From Anaerolineae bacterium (GTDB taxonomy: Bacteria > Chloroflexota > JAHJIN01): a stretch of DNA of 64,000 nucleotides. Every line of letters starts with the position of its first letter. The first letter of the stretch is position 1. The notes below the pieces were generated by a model. That model was not told the DNA's origin and did not search any database. It saw nothing but the letters and a program-made list of their open reading frames with translations. This document shows, piece after piece, positions 17,750 through 26,570 of this stretch. The DNA lies in assembly GCA_034435155.1 (NCBI GenBank), contig DAOTYG010000324.1:13622-77621 (forward strand). Reading direction: 5' to 3'. The position numbers and the translations under genes are program-made.

Positions 17750-20564
17750 CCCCGGCTCCTCCCTCCTCCTCACTCTCGGCCTGTCGCCGCCTAAAGTCCG
17801 CGAACTCTCCAGCCATGACCGCACTCGCCTGCTCAACTTTCTCTTGCGCTGGGAGCATCCCGAGGAGGTCCACGCCTGCCTGGACGCGCTCGCCGCCATC
17901 AGCCCGGACCTGGTCTCGCTGCTGGATTTGCGCGTGCGAGCGTTTCTGGCCCAGGACCGGCCCGCCGACGCCTTGAAAGTGATGCATGACCGCCTGGCCC
18001 GCAAGACCTCCGCCACGGCCCAATCGCTCCTGGCCCACGTCCACCTGGCCCGGGGTGACGCGGACGCTGCCCACCAGATCGCCCGCGCGCTGGTTGAGGG
18101 CCAGCCGGATAGCGTGATGGCCTGGGGTTTGCTGGGCGAGGTGGAGTTGGCGCGCGGGCAGGCCGACGCGGCCCTGATCGCCTATCGCCGGGTGAACGAC
18201 CTGCGCCCCGGCAGCCGATCCTATCTGCTGGGGATGATGGCCGTCTACCAGGCGCGCGGCGATTGGGCCGCCGCCAGCGGCTACGCCGTGCGCCTGCTGC
18301 GCAGCGCAGACGAGCAGGAAGGTCCGCTCTCGGCCACGTACCTGCGCCATCTGCGCGACTATTTCCGGGCCAGTGGCGAGGAGACCCGCGTGGCCGATGT
18401 GGAAGCGGAACTGGCCCGGCGATACGTTGCGGAACTGGCCGAATTGCAGGCCGCACTGCCCGTAGGGGCCGTGCGCCGGGTGCGCCCGGCCACCGCCCCG
18501 GCTGCGCCCACCGGCCCGGTGGCCGAGCCGGCCGAACCCCTGCCTACCTTCGAGCTTATACCCGTCTCCGAAGCCGAGCGGCAGCGCATCGTCGAGGCCG
18601 CCCGGCGGCTCTTCGGCTTCGAGTCGCTCCTGCCGGGCCAGGTGGAGACCATCGCCTGCGTGTTGCGCGGCGAGGACGTGCTGACTATCCTGCCCACCGG
18701 CGGCGGCAAGTCGCTCTGCTATCAGCTCCCGGCGCTCCTGGCCGAAAAAGGCGTCACCCTGGTCATCTCGCCGCTCATCGCCCTGATGAAAGACCAGGTG
18801 GACTCGCTGCCGGCGGGCCTGCGACGGCAGGCTGCCACCATCAACAGCAGCCTGGAAGGCGACGAGTTGAGCCGGCGGCTGGATCAGGCCGCCCAGGGGG
18901 CCTACCGGCTGGTCTACGCGGCCCCGGAGCGATTGCGCCAGCCGCCGTTCCTGCACGCGCTCCGGCGCGCCGGCGTCAACCGGCTGGTGATTGACGAAGC
19001 CCACTGCGTGAGCGTCTGGGGCCACGACTTCCGGCCCGACTACCTTGCCATCGGCCAGGCGCGAGAGGCATTGGGCCACCCGCCGTTGCTCGCGCTCACC
19101 GCCACGGCCCCACCCCGCATCCGGCGTGACATCCTCAATCATCTGGGTGAGATGCGCGTCGTCGCCGGGGACGTGACCCGGCCCAACCTGCGCCTGGAGG
19201 TGTTCTACGCCCGCAACGCCGACGAGAAGCTGCGTCGCCTGGTGGCCTTCTGCCAGTCCGAATCCGGCAGCGGCATCGTCTACGCCGGCACGCGCGACCG
19301 CTGTGAGGAGCTGGCCGCGCTCTTGCGTAAACACGATGTGCTCGCCAACCATTACCACGCCGGCATCCCCGACCGGGCCCGGGTGCAGGACGCCTTCATG
19401 TCCGGCCGGGTGCGCGTCGTCGTGGCGACCGTGGCCTTTGGCCTGGGGATCGACAAGCCCGACATCCGCTTCATCGTCCACTTTGTCCCGCCGCCCTCGC
19501 TGGAGGCGTACTACCAGGAGGCCGGCCGGGCCGGGCGCGACGGCCAGCCGGCCCGCTGCCTGCTGATGTACGCCCGCTCCGACCGAGCCACCCTGACCCG
19601 CCGCGCCCACGAGGACCTGCTGCCGGTGGAGTTCCTGCGCGCCGTCTACGCCGCCGTCAAGAATCGGCTGGGGGGGACCGGCCCTAGCCGGGTGGCCTGC
19701 GCCGATCTGGAGCGCGACACGCAGGCCGACGATACGCGCGTACGCGTGGCCTTGAGCCTGCTGGAGGAGGCCGGCCTGCTGAAACGCGGCCCCGACGTAC
19801 CCCGCGCCGCCGTCGTCTGCCTGACGGTCAGCGATGCATCAGGCGTCCCGCCGGAACTGGCTGCGTTTTGCGAGGCCGCGCGTCTGCGCCCCGGCCAGCC
19901 GCTCACGGTGGACCTGGTGGACGTGGCCCGGCGCGCCGGCCTGGCCCCGGCCGACGTGGAGCGCCAGGCGTTGGAGTGGGCCGACGCCGGCCGGCTGACC
20001 GTCCGCCCGGCCGGGCGCGACCTGCTGCTGGAGCTATTGCCGCCACCCAAAGACGCCGCCGACCGGGTGGCCGGCCTGTTGGAGCGCTACGCCGCCATCC
20101 AGGCCCAGCGCGTGGACGAGATCGCCGCCTACGCCCAGACCGGCCGCTGTCGCCACGGCTACATCAACGCCTACCTGGGCGGCCGGGCCATCGAGCGGTG
20201 CGATAACTGCGACAACTGCGTGGGAGGTTCACCCGCGTCGGCTCCAGACGCGCCCGCACCTGACGAGCGCGAGCAACTGCTGACCATCCTGCGCTGCCTG
20301 GCCGGGCACGGCTGGGGTCGGCGCAACCTGATCCGCATCCTGCGCGGCGATGATGATGCTCCGCCCAGCGCCCGCAGCAACGCCAGCTTCGGCGCGCTGG
20401 CCGGCCGCTCCGAGGCGGCCCTCGGGCAGATGGTGGACCGGCTGGAGCGTGCCGGGTTCCTGCAAGGGCGTACCCTCGACCACGGCGGGGTGGTGCTTGA
20501 GCTGACGCCGGCCGGCCGGGCCGCGCTGCAAGACCCGGCAGCTTTGGATGGGATACAGAGCTGA
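17736..20564 (+). CDS. recQ: ATP-dependent DNA helicase RecQ with ~290-aa N-terminal TPR-repeat extension
   Basis: Helicase motifs LPTGGGKSLCYQLPAL, DEAHCVSVWGHDFRPDY, RecQ Zn-binding/RQC-like region (CRHGYINAYLG...CDNCDNC) and a C-terminal HRDC-like tail; N-terminal TPR-like helical repeats; GGAGG RBS. Confidence 0.85.
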   Translation: MPTSDPGSSLLLTLGLSPPKVRELSSHDRTRLLNFLLRWEHPEEVHACLDALAAISPDLVSLLDLRVRAFLAQDRPADALKVMHDRLARKTSATAQSLLAHVHLARGDADAAHQIARALVEGQPDSVMAWGLLGEVELARGQADAALIAYRRVNDLRPGSRSYLLGMMAVYQARGDWAAASGYAVRLLRSADEQEGPLSATYLRHLRDYFRASGEETRVADVEAELARRYVAELAELQAALPVGAVRRVRPATAPAAPTGPVAEPAEPLPTFELIPVSEAERQRIVEAARRLFGFESLLPGQVETIACVLRGEDVLTILPTGGGKSLCYQLPALLAEKGVTLVISPLIALMKDQVDSLPAGLRRQAATINSSLEGDELSRRLDQAAQGAYRLVYAAPERLRQPPFLHALRRAGVNRLVIDEAHCVSVWGHDFRPDYLAIGQAREALGHPPLLALTATAPPRIRRDILNHLGEMRVVAGDVTRPNLRLEVFYARNADEKLRRLVAFCQSESGSGIVYAGTRDRCEELAALLRKHDVLANHYHAGIPDRARVQDAFMSGRVRVVVATVAFGLGIDKPDIRFIVHFVPPPSLEAYYQEAGRAGRDGQPARCLLMYARSDRATLTRRAHEDLLPVEFLRAVYAAVKNRLGGTGPSRVACADLERDTQADDTRVRVALSLLEEAGLLKRGPDVPRAAVVCLTVSDASGVPPELAAFCEAARLRPGQPLTVDLVDVARRAGLAPADVERQALEWADAGRLTVRPAGRDLLLELLPPPKDAADRVAGLLERYAAIQAQRVDEIAAYAQTGRCRHGYINAYLGGRAIERCDNCDNCVGGSPASAPDAPAPDEREQLLTILRCLAGHGWGRRNLIRILRGDDDAPPSARSNASFGALAGRSEAALGQMVDRLERAGFLQGRTLDHGGVVLELTPAGRAALQDPAALDGIQS

Positions 20565-20584
20565 ACGCTGAATGCTATTTCGGC

Positions 20585-20625
20585 TTGCTATGGCAATCAC
20601 TATGATGTATAATAGATGTACATCA
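20585..20625 (+). promoter_or_regulatory. Promoter TTGCTA-17-TATAAT with downstream palindrome ATGTACAT (putative VapB operator) for vapBC
   Basis: -35 at 20585-20590, -10 at 20608-20613. Confidence 0.6.
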
Positions 20626-20642
20626 CTCACGGAGGTAATAAG

Positions 20643-20924
20643 ATGGCCGCTTTAGCCAAAAAGAAACCGCTCCAGGTCTACCTGCGGCCGGATCAAATCG
20701 AGCCGCTGCGGGCGCTGGCCCAACGGCGGAAAACCTCACTGGCGGAACTCGTGCGCCAGGGGGTAGACCGCATCCTGGTCGAGGTGCCAGTGGAAGAGGA
20801 CCCGTTGTGGGACATCGTGGGTCTGGGAGATTCAGGCCTCGGTGATCTGTCCGTTGAGCATGATCGGTACCTGGCCGAATGGGAGGCGGAGGATAACCAG
20901 ACATGGAAAAAGCCATCTTCATAG
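20643..20924 (+). CDS. vapB: VapB-like antitoxin (ribbon-helix-helix type)
   Basis: Small ORF with GGAGG RBS directly upstream of and overlapping a PIN toxin; lower-GC segment. Confidence 0.65.
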   Translation: MAALAKKKPLQVYLRPDQIEPLRALAQRRKTSLAELVRQGVDRILVEVPVEEDPLWDIVGLGDSGLGDLSVEHDRYLAEWEAEDNQTWKKPSS

Positions 20925-21313
20925 ATAGCGGAGCCTGGGTGGCTTTAGCCGATATTCGCGATCAGTTCCATTCTGATGCCGTCGGCGTGTACTCACAGGT
21001 ACTACAGCAGTGGAAATACCAGGTTACAACTGATCTGGTCATCGCCGAAGCCTACAATATGATTCGCCGCCGCCTGGGGCACACCGCCGGGATCCGGTTT
21101 CTGGAGTCCCTGCGGAAATCGTCACGTTTGATCAAGATATACTGCGATGCCGCCCTGGAAATACAGGCCGAGGCGATCCTCCGTCGTTACTCTGACCAGG
21201 ATTTCAGTTTCGCCGATGCCGTCAGCTTCGCCGTGATGCAGGAGCGCGGGATCACCGAGGCGTTTGCCTTCGACCAGCACTTTCGGACAGCGGGCTTTGC
21301 GCTGCTCCCCTGA
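20903..21313 (+). CDS. vapC: VapC PIN-domain toxin
   Basis: MEKAIFIDSGAWVAL...DLVIAEAYNM...FADAVSFAVM: PIN-domain acidic residues in canonical spacing. Confidence 0.8.
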   Translation: MEKAIFIDSGAWVALADIRDQFHSDAVGVYSQVLQQWKYQVTTDLVIAEAYNMIRRRLGHTAGIRFLESLRKSSRLIKIYCDAALEIQAEAILRRYSDQDFSFADAVSFAVMQERGITEAFAFDQHFRTAGFALLP

Positions 21314-21337
21314 TCCGCCAGTCCGCGCCCATGCGAA

Positions 21338-21378
21338 ACGGGCGAGCCGTCATGGCTCGCCCGTTTGTTTGTGTGTTG
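21338..21378. terminator. Bidirectional intrinsic terminator AAACGGGCGAGCC-gtca-TGGCTCGCCCGTTTGTTTGTGTG
   Basis: 13-bp GC-rich stem, 4-nt loop, T-rich tail on plus strand and A-run on the other; sits between convergent vapC and degV. Confidence 0.8.
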
Positions 21379-21389
21379 GGGCTGGCGGG

Positions 21390-22226
21390 TCAGAGGCGAT
21401 ACCCGATGATGCCGATGATGCCCGGCCCGCCATGCACGGCCAGGGCCGGCACCAAATCCACCAGCCGCACCTCATCACATTGGAACGTGTCTGACAACCG
21501 GGCGGCCAGGTGCTGGGCTTCCTGCGGGGTGCGGGCGTGGATCACGGCCAGGCGGGCCGGCGCAGCGGTGCCCACCTGTTCGGCCATCAATTCCACCAGG
21601 CGGTCCAGGGAGCGGCCACGAGTGCGCACCTTCTCTTTCGCCTCCAGCAGGCCATCCTCGATGACGATGATCGGCCGCAGGTTGAGCATGGACCCCAGGA
21701 CGCCAGAGAGCTTGCCCACCCGTCCGCTCATCTGCAAGTACTTGAGGGTATCCGGGGTAAAGACGACGTGCATCCGGGCCCGGATCTGTTCCAGCCGGGC
21801 CAGGATCTCCTCCCGGCTGTGGCCGGCTTCGGCCATCTGGGCCGCCTCCAGCACCATGAAACCGGTGCCCATGGTGATGGATAGCGTGTCAAAGACCACC
21901 ACGTCGGCCCCAGGGACCATGTCGGCGGCCAGCATTGCCGACTGGTAGGTCCCGCTGTGTTTGGAAGTGATGGTGAGGCACAGGATGGGATCGCTCACCA
22001 GGGGCCGGTAGGCGTCGGCGAACTGGCCGGGGGCCGGCTGGGAGGTGGTGGGCATGATCTCTTCCACCTCGATCTTGTGGTAAAAGAGGTCCCGGTCTAT
22101 GGTGACGCCTTCCAGGAAGGTATTCGTCCCAAAGTGGATGACCAGAGGTACGATCTGGATCCCATAGCGAGCGACGTCCTCATCCGACAGGTTGCACGTG
22201 CTGTCGGCCACGATGCGTACAACCAT
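21390..22226 (-). CDS. DegV family fatty-acid-binding protein
   Basis: IVADSTCNLS...FGT..., typical DegV N-terminal and fold-wide conservation; AAGGGAG RBS. Confidence 0.85.
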   Translation of the reverse strand: MVVRIVADSTCNLSDEDVARYGIQIVPLVIHFGTNTFLEGVTIDRDLFYHKIEVEEIMPTTSQPAPGQFADAYRPLVSDPILCLTITSKHSGTYQSAMLAADMVPGADVVVFDTLSITMGTGFMVLEAAQMAEAGHSREEILARLEQIRARMHVVFTPDTLKYLQMSGRVGKLSGVLGSMLNLRPIIVIEDGLLEAKEKVRTRGRSLDRLVELMAEQVGTAAPARLAVIHARTPQEAQHLAARLSDTFQCDEVRLVDLVPALAVHGGPGIIGIIGYRL

Positions 22227-22301
22227 GATTTTTCTCCCTTTTTTCGGCAGTTACCCCGTTCGGTAGGTATGGACCGGCGACCCGTGCGTCGGTAAGAGGT
22301 T

Positions 22302-22406
22302 GGACTTTGGACAACCACTCGCGCCCCACCAGGAGTAGAGGCTTTAGCCGGTTGTGACCACAAGATATAGGCCGTCTAAAGGCTCTACTCCAGATTTGTC
22401 AAGTCC
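22302..22406. repeat. MITE-like element, GGACTTTGGACAA family
   Basis: GGACTTTGGACAA ... TTGTCAAGTCC termini, internal GAGTAGAGGCTTTAGCCGG / CCGTCTAAAGGCTCTACTC inverted repeat; located between degV start and acpP stop. Confidence 0.85.
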
Positions 22407-22440
22407 GGTAAGAGAGGGGACGGTAATCTGCGCGTTCCTG

Positions 22441-22746
22441 CTAGAGCGTGCGCGCCTCGATGTAACGTACCGCGTCGCCCACGGTGGTGATCTGTTGTAC
22501 CTCCGTATCGCGGATCTCGCCCTCGAATTCTTCTTCCAGCCGCATGACCAATTCCACCAGGTCCAGGGAATCGGCCCGCAGGTCCCGGCGAAAATGGGCA
22601 TCCAGGGTGATCAGGGCCTCGTCAACGCCCAGGACTTCGGCGATGATGGCCCGCAGGCGTTGAAAGATCCGGTCGCGGGCTTCGCCCGCCGAGGTAGCGG
22701 TGGTGCGCATTTTCTGTGATGCCCGATCCAGCGCTGTATTCATCAT
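22441..22746 (-). CDS. acpP: Acyl carrier protein (with N-terminal extension; alternative start ATG 22710)
   Basis: Phosphopantetheine attachment motif DLRADSLDLVELVMRLEEEF; CAGGAG RBS before ATG at 22746. Confidence 0.8.
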   Translation of the reverse strand: MMNTALDRASQKMRTTATSAGEARDRIFQRLRAIIAEVLGVDEALITLDAHFRRDLRADSLDLVELVMRLEEEFEGEIRDTEVQQITTVGDAVRYIEARTL

Positions 22747-22790
22747 CGCGTCTCCTGTTTCGTGTCCCTAGCAGGCTGTCGGAGAGGACG

Positions 22791-22907
22791 GTCATTCTGA
22801 GGAGCGGAGCCGTCGGAGCGACGAAGAATCTCGTTATAGGGTGGCGATTCACGGTCGGAAAACGGGATTCTTCGCTTCACCGCCTGCGGCAGCTCGCTCA
22901 GAATGAC
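22791..22907. repeat. Two inverted ~40-bp units of the GTCATTCTGAG...GAAGAATC repeat family
   Basis: Unit 22791-22830 and its inverted partner 22866-22907 between acpP and fabH. Confidence 0.85.
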
Positions 22908-22977
22908 AAAGCGAGTGACGTTTTGCTTCGACACTTTTCACTCCGACAGCCTGCTGGCGATCTGGCAGCGGGCCAGG

Positions 22978-24090
22978 CTAAGAGGAGCGGGCGGCGGCGA
23001 TCAACGTGCTCACCGTGCTCACCAAGTCACGGGCTTTGGCGGTGGTCAGGCGCGCCTGGCCCAGAACCGTCTGCCAGAATCCGGCCTCCAGCATCTGCGT
23101 CTCCACCTTGCCCCACTGGACCAGGGTGGTGGCCCAGGTCAACCCGGCCCCAAAGCCGTTAAGGACGACTTTGTCGCCATCCTTGATGCGGCCTTGCTGT
23201 ACTGCCTCTACCAGGGCTATGGGGATGGAGGCAGCCGAGGTGTTGCCGTAGCGGTCTATGTTCACGTAGACTTTTTCCATGGGGATGCGCAACATTTTGG
23301 CGGCATACTCGATGATCCGGGCGTTAGCCTGGTGGGGGATGAGCAGGTCAATGTCGTCCATAGTCAGGCCGGCCTTGTAGACCACGCGCCGGGTGACGTC
23401 AACCATAGATTCCACGGCGAAGCGGAAGACCTTTTTGCCTTCCATGTGGATGTAGATGTCGCCGGTCTCGAAGGCTTTGGGGTCTACCCCATAGCGGGTT
23501 CCAAAGGCCGGGATGACCAGCCAGTCCAGGCCGGAGCCATCCGCGCCCATCTCGTAGCTGAGGATGCCGCTGGGGGTGTCGGTGGCCTCCAGCACCACGG
23601 CTCCGGACCCGTCGCCAAAGAGCACGCAGGTGTTGCGGTCCTTCCAGTTGAGGTAGGTGGAGATGATCTCGGTGCCGATGACGACGGCGTTACGGCAGGC
23701 CCCGGTAGCCAGGAACTGGGTGGCGGCCACCAGGCCGTACATGAAGCCGCAGCAGCCGGCCCGGATCTCAAAGGCCGGGCAGCGCACACCCAGGTGATCC
23801 TGGACCAGAAACACCGCGCCGGGCATGAGATAGTCGGGTGTGGTGGTGCCCAGGATCACCAGCTCCACGTCGGTGGGGGCCAGGCCGGCCACAGCCAGGG
23901 CCTGGTCCATGGCCTTGATGGACAGGTCGGAGCAGGCCTCACCTGGCGCGACGATGTGCCGTTCCTTGATGCCGGTGCGGCTGGTGATCCATTCGTCGCT
24001 GGTGTCCACCATCTGCTCCAGGTCATGGTTGGTGAGGACTTTTTCGGGGACATACATACCCCAACCCGTGATCTGCGCGTAACGTGGCAT
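22978..24090 (-). CDS. fabH: 3-oxoacyl-ACP synthase III (FabH) with ~40-aa C-terminal extension
   Basis: Catalytic Cys region CAGF-like (GCCGFMYGL), H/N motifs (IPHQANARI, GNTSAASIP); GGAGG RBS. Confidence 0.9.
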   Translation of the reverse strand: MPRYAQITGWGMYVPEKVLTNHDLEQMVDTSDEWITSRTGIKERHIVAPGEACSDLSIKAMDQALAVAGLAPTDVELVILGTTTPDYLMPGAVFLVQDHLGVRCPAFEIRAGCCGFMYGLVAATQFLATGACRNAVVIGTEIISTYLNWKDRNTCVLFGDGSGAVVLEATDTPSGILSYEMGADGSGLDWLVIPAFGTRYGVDPKAFETGDIYIHMEGKKVFRFAVESMVDVTRRVVYKAGLTMDDIDLLIPHQANARIIEYAAKMLRIPMEKVYVNIDRYGNTSAASIPIALVEAVQQGRIKDGDKVVLNGFGAGLTWATTLVQWGKVETQMLEAGFWQTVLGQARLTTAKARDLVSTVSTLIAAARSS

Positions 24091-24222
24091 ACGAACCTCC
24101 TCGTGTAGATGTCAGCTTCGGTGAGCTGTGGAACAGGGATTTACCTGTACAGACGTAACTGCCCTGAACCCTGCCGCCGGTTAGCAAAGCGCCCCGTAAT
24201 TGCTCACCTGCCCTGTTCAAGT

Positions 24223-24383
24223 GTCATTCTGAGGCGCGAAGCGCCGAAGAATCCCGTTATCGTGGTAAAGAACCACCTGCCAGGAACGAGATTCTTCGCT
24301 CCCTTCGGTCGCTCAGAATGACCGCTTTGGTCAAACGTGACTCTTCGCGCCCCTTCGCTCCGCGAAGGAGCGCTCAGAGTGAC
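24223..24383. repeat. Three units (one direct, two inverted) of the GTCATTCTGAG-[GC-rich hairpin]-GAAGAATC repeat family
   Basis: Units at 24223-24253, 24290-24322, 24339-24383; internal GGCGCGAAGCGCC-type GNA-loop hairpins. Confidence 0.85.
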
Positions 24384-24444
24384 ATCCTTGTCTACAGGGT
24401 GAGCAGATACAGCGTCCCAATCTGCTGGAGGGTGGGCAGATGTT

Positions 24445-24828
24445 CTAAAGCGACACGCTGCTGGGTCCCTGCGACGCTGGTCGCGCTGTCAGCCGGCGTC
24501 GCAGCAGCAGGATGGCCAGGCCCAGGATGGAAAAGGCCGAGGCCAGCGAACCCACGGCCGCCGTCCCTACCAGGATGTTCTTGCGGTTCATCAGAGAGTG
24601 GGCCGGGGTCGCTATCGGCCGGGCTGACCGTGCCAACGCCAACTCTCGTTCCAGCCGTTGCCGGAAGGCGGCGGCTGGTTCCACTGGTCGCAGAGCCTCT
24701 TTGATCTGGTGGGCCAGTTCGGCCAGGGCCGGTTCTTTCTCCCAGTCTCGCACCATCTCCGGCCATTCCAGGTCCGGCACGTGGTCTGCCAGGCGGGTCA
24801 GGACCTCGCCGATGAGATCCAGGGTCAT
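24445..24828 (-). CDS. Putative membrane-tethered anti-sigma factor
   Basis: Immediately downstream of the ECF sigma gene (3-nt gap), C-terminal TM segment ILVGTAAVGSLASAFSILGLAILLL. Confidence 0.55.
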   Translation of the reverse strand: MTLDLIGEVLTRLADHVPDLEWPEMVRDWEKEPALAELAHQIKEALRPVEPAAAFRQRLERELALARSARPIATPAHSLMNRKNILVGTAAVGSLASAFSILGLAILLLRRRLTARPASQGPSSVSL

Positions 24829-24830
24829 CG

Positions 24831-25406
24831 CTACTCTCCTCCTAAAGTGCCTCCCGTCAGTTCTTCGCGCAGCGCGCTCAGGGTGCGATGGATAAGCACC
24901 TTGACCGCTCCCTCGCTGCGACCGGTCAGCTCACCGATCTCGCGGTTAGACAGGCCGTGGCTGAAGCGCAGGATCAAGACTTGCTGGCGTGCGGGTGGCA
25001 GCCGCCGGATGGCGGCGCGTAATGCCTCATACTCCTCCCAGGCCTCAACCCGGGCCTGGGGACCGTTGGCCGGTGTAGCCAGTCCCAGGGCTTCGGTCAG
25101 CCGGATCGCCGGGCGGCGCCGCTGGCTCCGATGCCAGTTGGCCACCAGATTGTGGGCGATCCGATAGAGCCAGGCGGCGAACGGCGCGCCGGTGTAAACG
25201 TAGCCGTCCAGGTTGGCCAGGGCTTGATGGAAGGTCCGGGCGGTCAGGTCTTCGGCGTCGGGCACGCTGCCGGTGCGCTGATAGCAATAGTTGTAGATGC
25301 CGGTCACGTACCGCTGATACAAAACCCCAAAGGCGGCGGCATCGCCGGCCTGGGCCTGCCGGACCAGGGCCAGTTCAGCTTCTGGTGAACAGGGCTGATC
25401 GGTCAT
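24831..25406 (-). CDS. ECF (sigma-70 family) RNA polymerase sigma factor
   Basis: Region 2 (LVRQAQAGDAAAFGVLYQRYV..., YRIAHN) and region 4 (LPPARQQVLILRF..GLSNREIGELTG) motifs; start moved to internal ATG 25404-25406. Confidence 0.85.
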   Translation of the reverse strand: MTDQPCSPEAELALVRQAQAGDAAAFGVLYQRYVTGIYNYCYQRTGSVPDAEDLTARTFHQALANLDGYVYTGAPFAAWLYRIAHNLVANWHRSQRRRPAIRLTEALGLATPANGPQARVEAWEEYEALRAAIRRLPPARQQVLILRFSHGLSNREIGELTGRSEGAVKVLIHRTLSALREELTGGTLGGE

Positions 25407-25444
25407 GGGTATAAACACCGTTGGTCGTAAAAGGTTACAGCCGG

Positions 25445-25477
25445 GTAAAACGTCAAACGAAAAACGTAAAACGTCAG
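25445..25477. promoter_or_regulatory. 11-bp direct repeat GTAAAACGTCA x2 (22-bp spacing) upstream of ECF sigma gene
   Basis: Copies at 25445-25455 and 25467-25477 on the plus strand, ~40-70 nt upstream of the minus-strand sigma start. Confidence 0.5.
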
Positions 25478-25498
25478 GCGTCATTTGCCCCTGACAAC

Positions 25499-26383
25499 TC
25501 ACGGCGACTGCGCATAGAGTAGCACCAGGGTAGTCACAACCCACAGGGCCGCATCGGCCAGCAATGGTTTATCTGTCAGCATGATCCGTTCGGGGATGCC
25601 GTTCTCGGCGCCACGCTCCAGCAAGAGCAGGTAGCGGAAGACAAAGTAGAGCACAAAGGGGATGGTGAGCATCATGCGATGGTCGGTTGGCAGTGATTCT
25701 GCAAAGAACGTGTATAGTCCATAGCTCATCACCACGCTGGCAGTGGTCACAGCGGTCAGGGCTTCCCACAGGCTGGCTGAATACTCGGCGCTGGCCGGCA
25801 CAGGGCCGGCACCCGGGCTACAGGTGAGCCGGTGGCGGACCTGGCCCAGGGCCAGGAACAGGGCCAACGCCGAGGTCACGATATAGAGCCAGGGGGAAAT
25901 GGGCACCGCGATCACCATGGCCCCGGCGACTGTGCGCAATACCAGGCCACTGGCCAATGTCAGCACATCAATGAGCAGGATCTGCTTGAGAACGAGGGGA
26001 TAGAGGACCATAAGGGCCCAATAAAGCAGGGCCAGCAGGCCGAAGGGGATGCTCAGCAGAAATGCCGCCGGCAGGCATACCGCCGTCAACACGAGGGACA
26101 GGGCCAGGGCGAGGGGGACAGCGTGCCCGTCGGGTTGCGCGGTCAGCCCCCGCCGTCGGTCCATCAGGTCGTCCAGGATATAGACGCTGCCGGCCAGGCC
26201 GCATAGCAAGACGAAGGCGGCCCCGGCCTGGGCTAGCAACGCCGGGTATAATAGGCCCCGGGCAAAGATCAGGGGCACCAGCACCACCAAGTTGCTGATC
26301 CAACGCGACACGTGGAGGGCCGCGAACACCTGGCGGGCCGGGGAAGCCGATACTGGTGAATCTGGCCGGGAGGCAAACCGCAT
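25499..26383 (-). CDS. UbiA-family prenyltransferase (decaprenyl-phosphate phosphoribosyltransferase-like)
   Basis: Polytopic membrane protein with Asp-rich motif YILDDLMDRRRG characteristic of UbiA superfamily. Confidence 0.7.
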   Translation of the reverse strand: MRFASRPDSPVSASPARQVFAALHVSRWISNLVVLVPLIFARGLLYPALLAQAGAAFVLLCGLAGSVYILDDLMDRRRGLTAQPDGHAVPLALALSLVLTAVCLPAAFLLSIPFGLLALLYWALMVLYPLVLKQILLIDVLTLASGLVLRTVAGAMVIAVPISPWLYIVTSALALFLALGQVRHRLTCSPGAGPVPASAEYSASLWEALTAVTTASVVMSYGLYTFFAESLPTDHRMMLTIPFVLYFVFRYLLLLERGAENGIPERIMLTDKPLLADAALWVVTTLVLLYAQSP

Positions 26384-26400
26384 AACTGGGATTCTCCGTA

Positions 26401-26505
26401 ACTGCCTACCCTGAACCCTCCCGCAGGTTAGAAAGGGGCTGGCAACCGATGCAGCCGGACCTGGGCGCGCTCTGGTCCAGTCATTGCACCCAAACCTGCG
26501 GGAGG
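26401..26505. repeat. REP-like CCCTCCCGCAGG half-site and its inverted partner CCTGCGGGAGGG, enclosing a 66-nt loop
   Basis: Perfect 12-bp inverted repeats at 26416-26427 and 26494-26505. Confidence 0.85.
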
Positions 26506-26570
26506 GCAGGTAGTTACGATTCTCCTGAAAAAGCGGACCGAGCCGTACTTCGTGGCGGCCGGGCGGCCTG

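Noticed and set aside
17589-19610. 673-aa minus-strand ORF
   Set aside because: Antisense to TPR-RecQ, Gly/Arg/Ala-rich shadow ORF.
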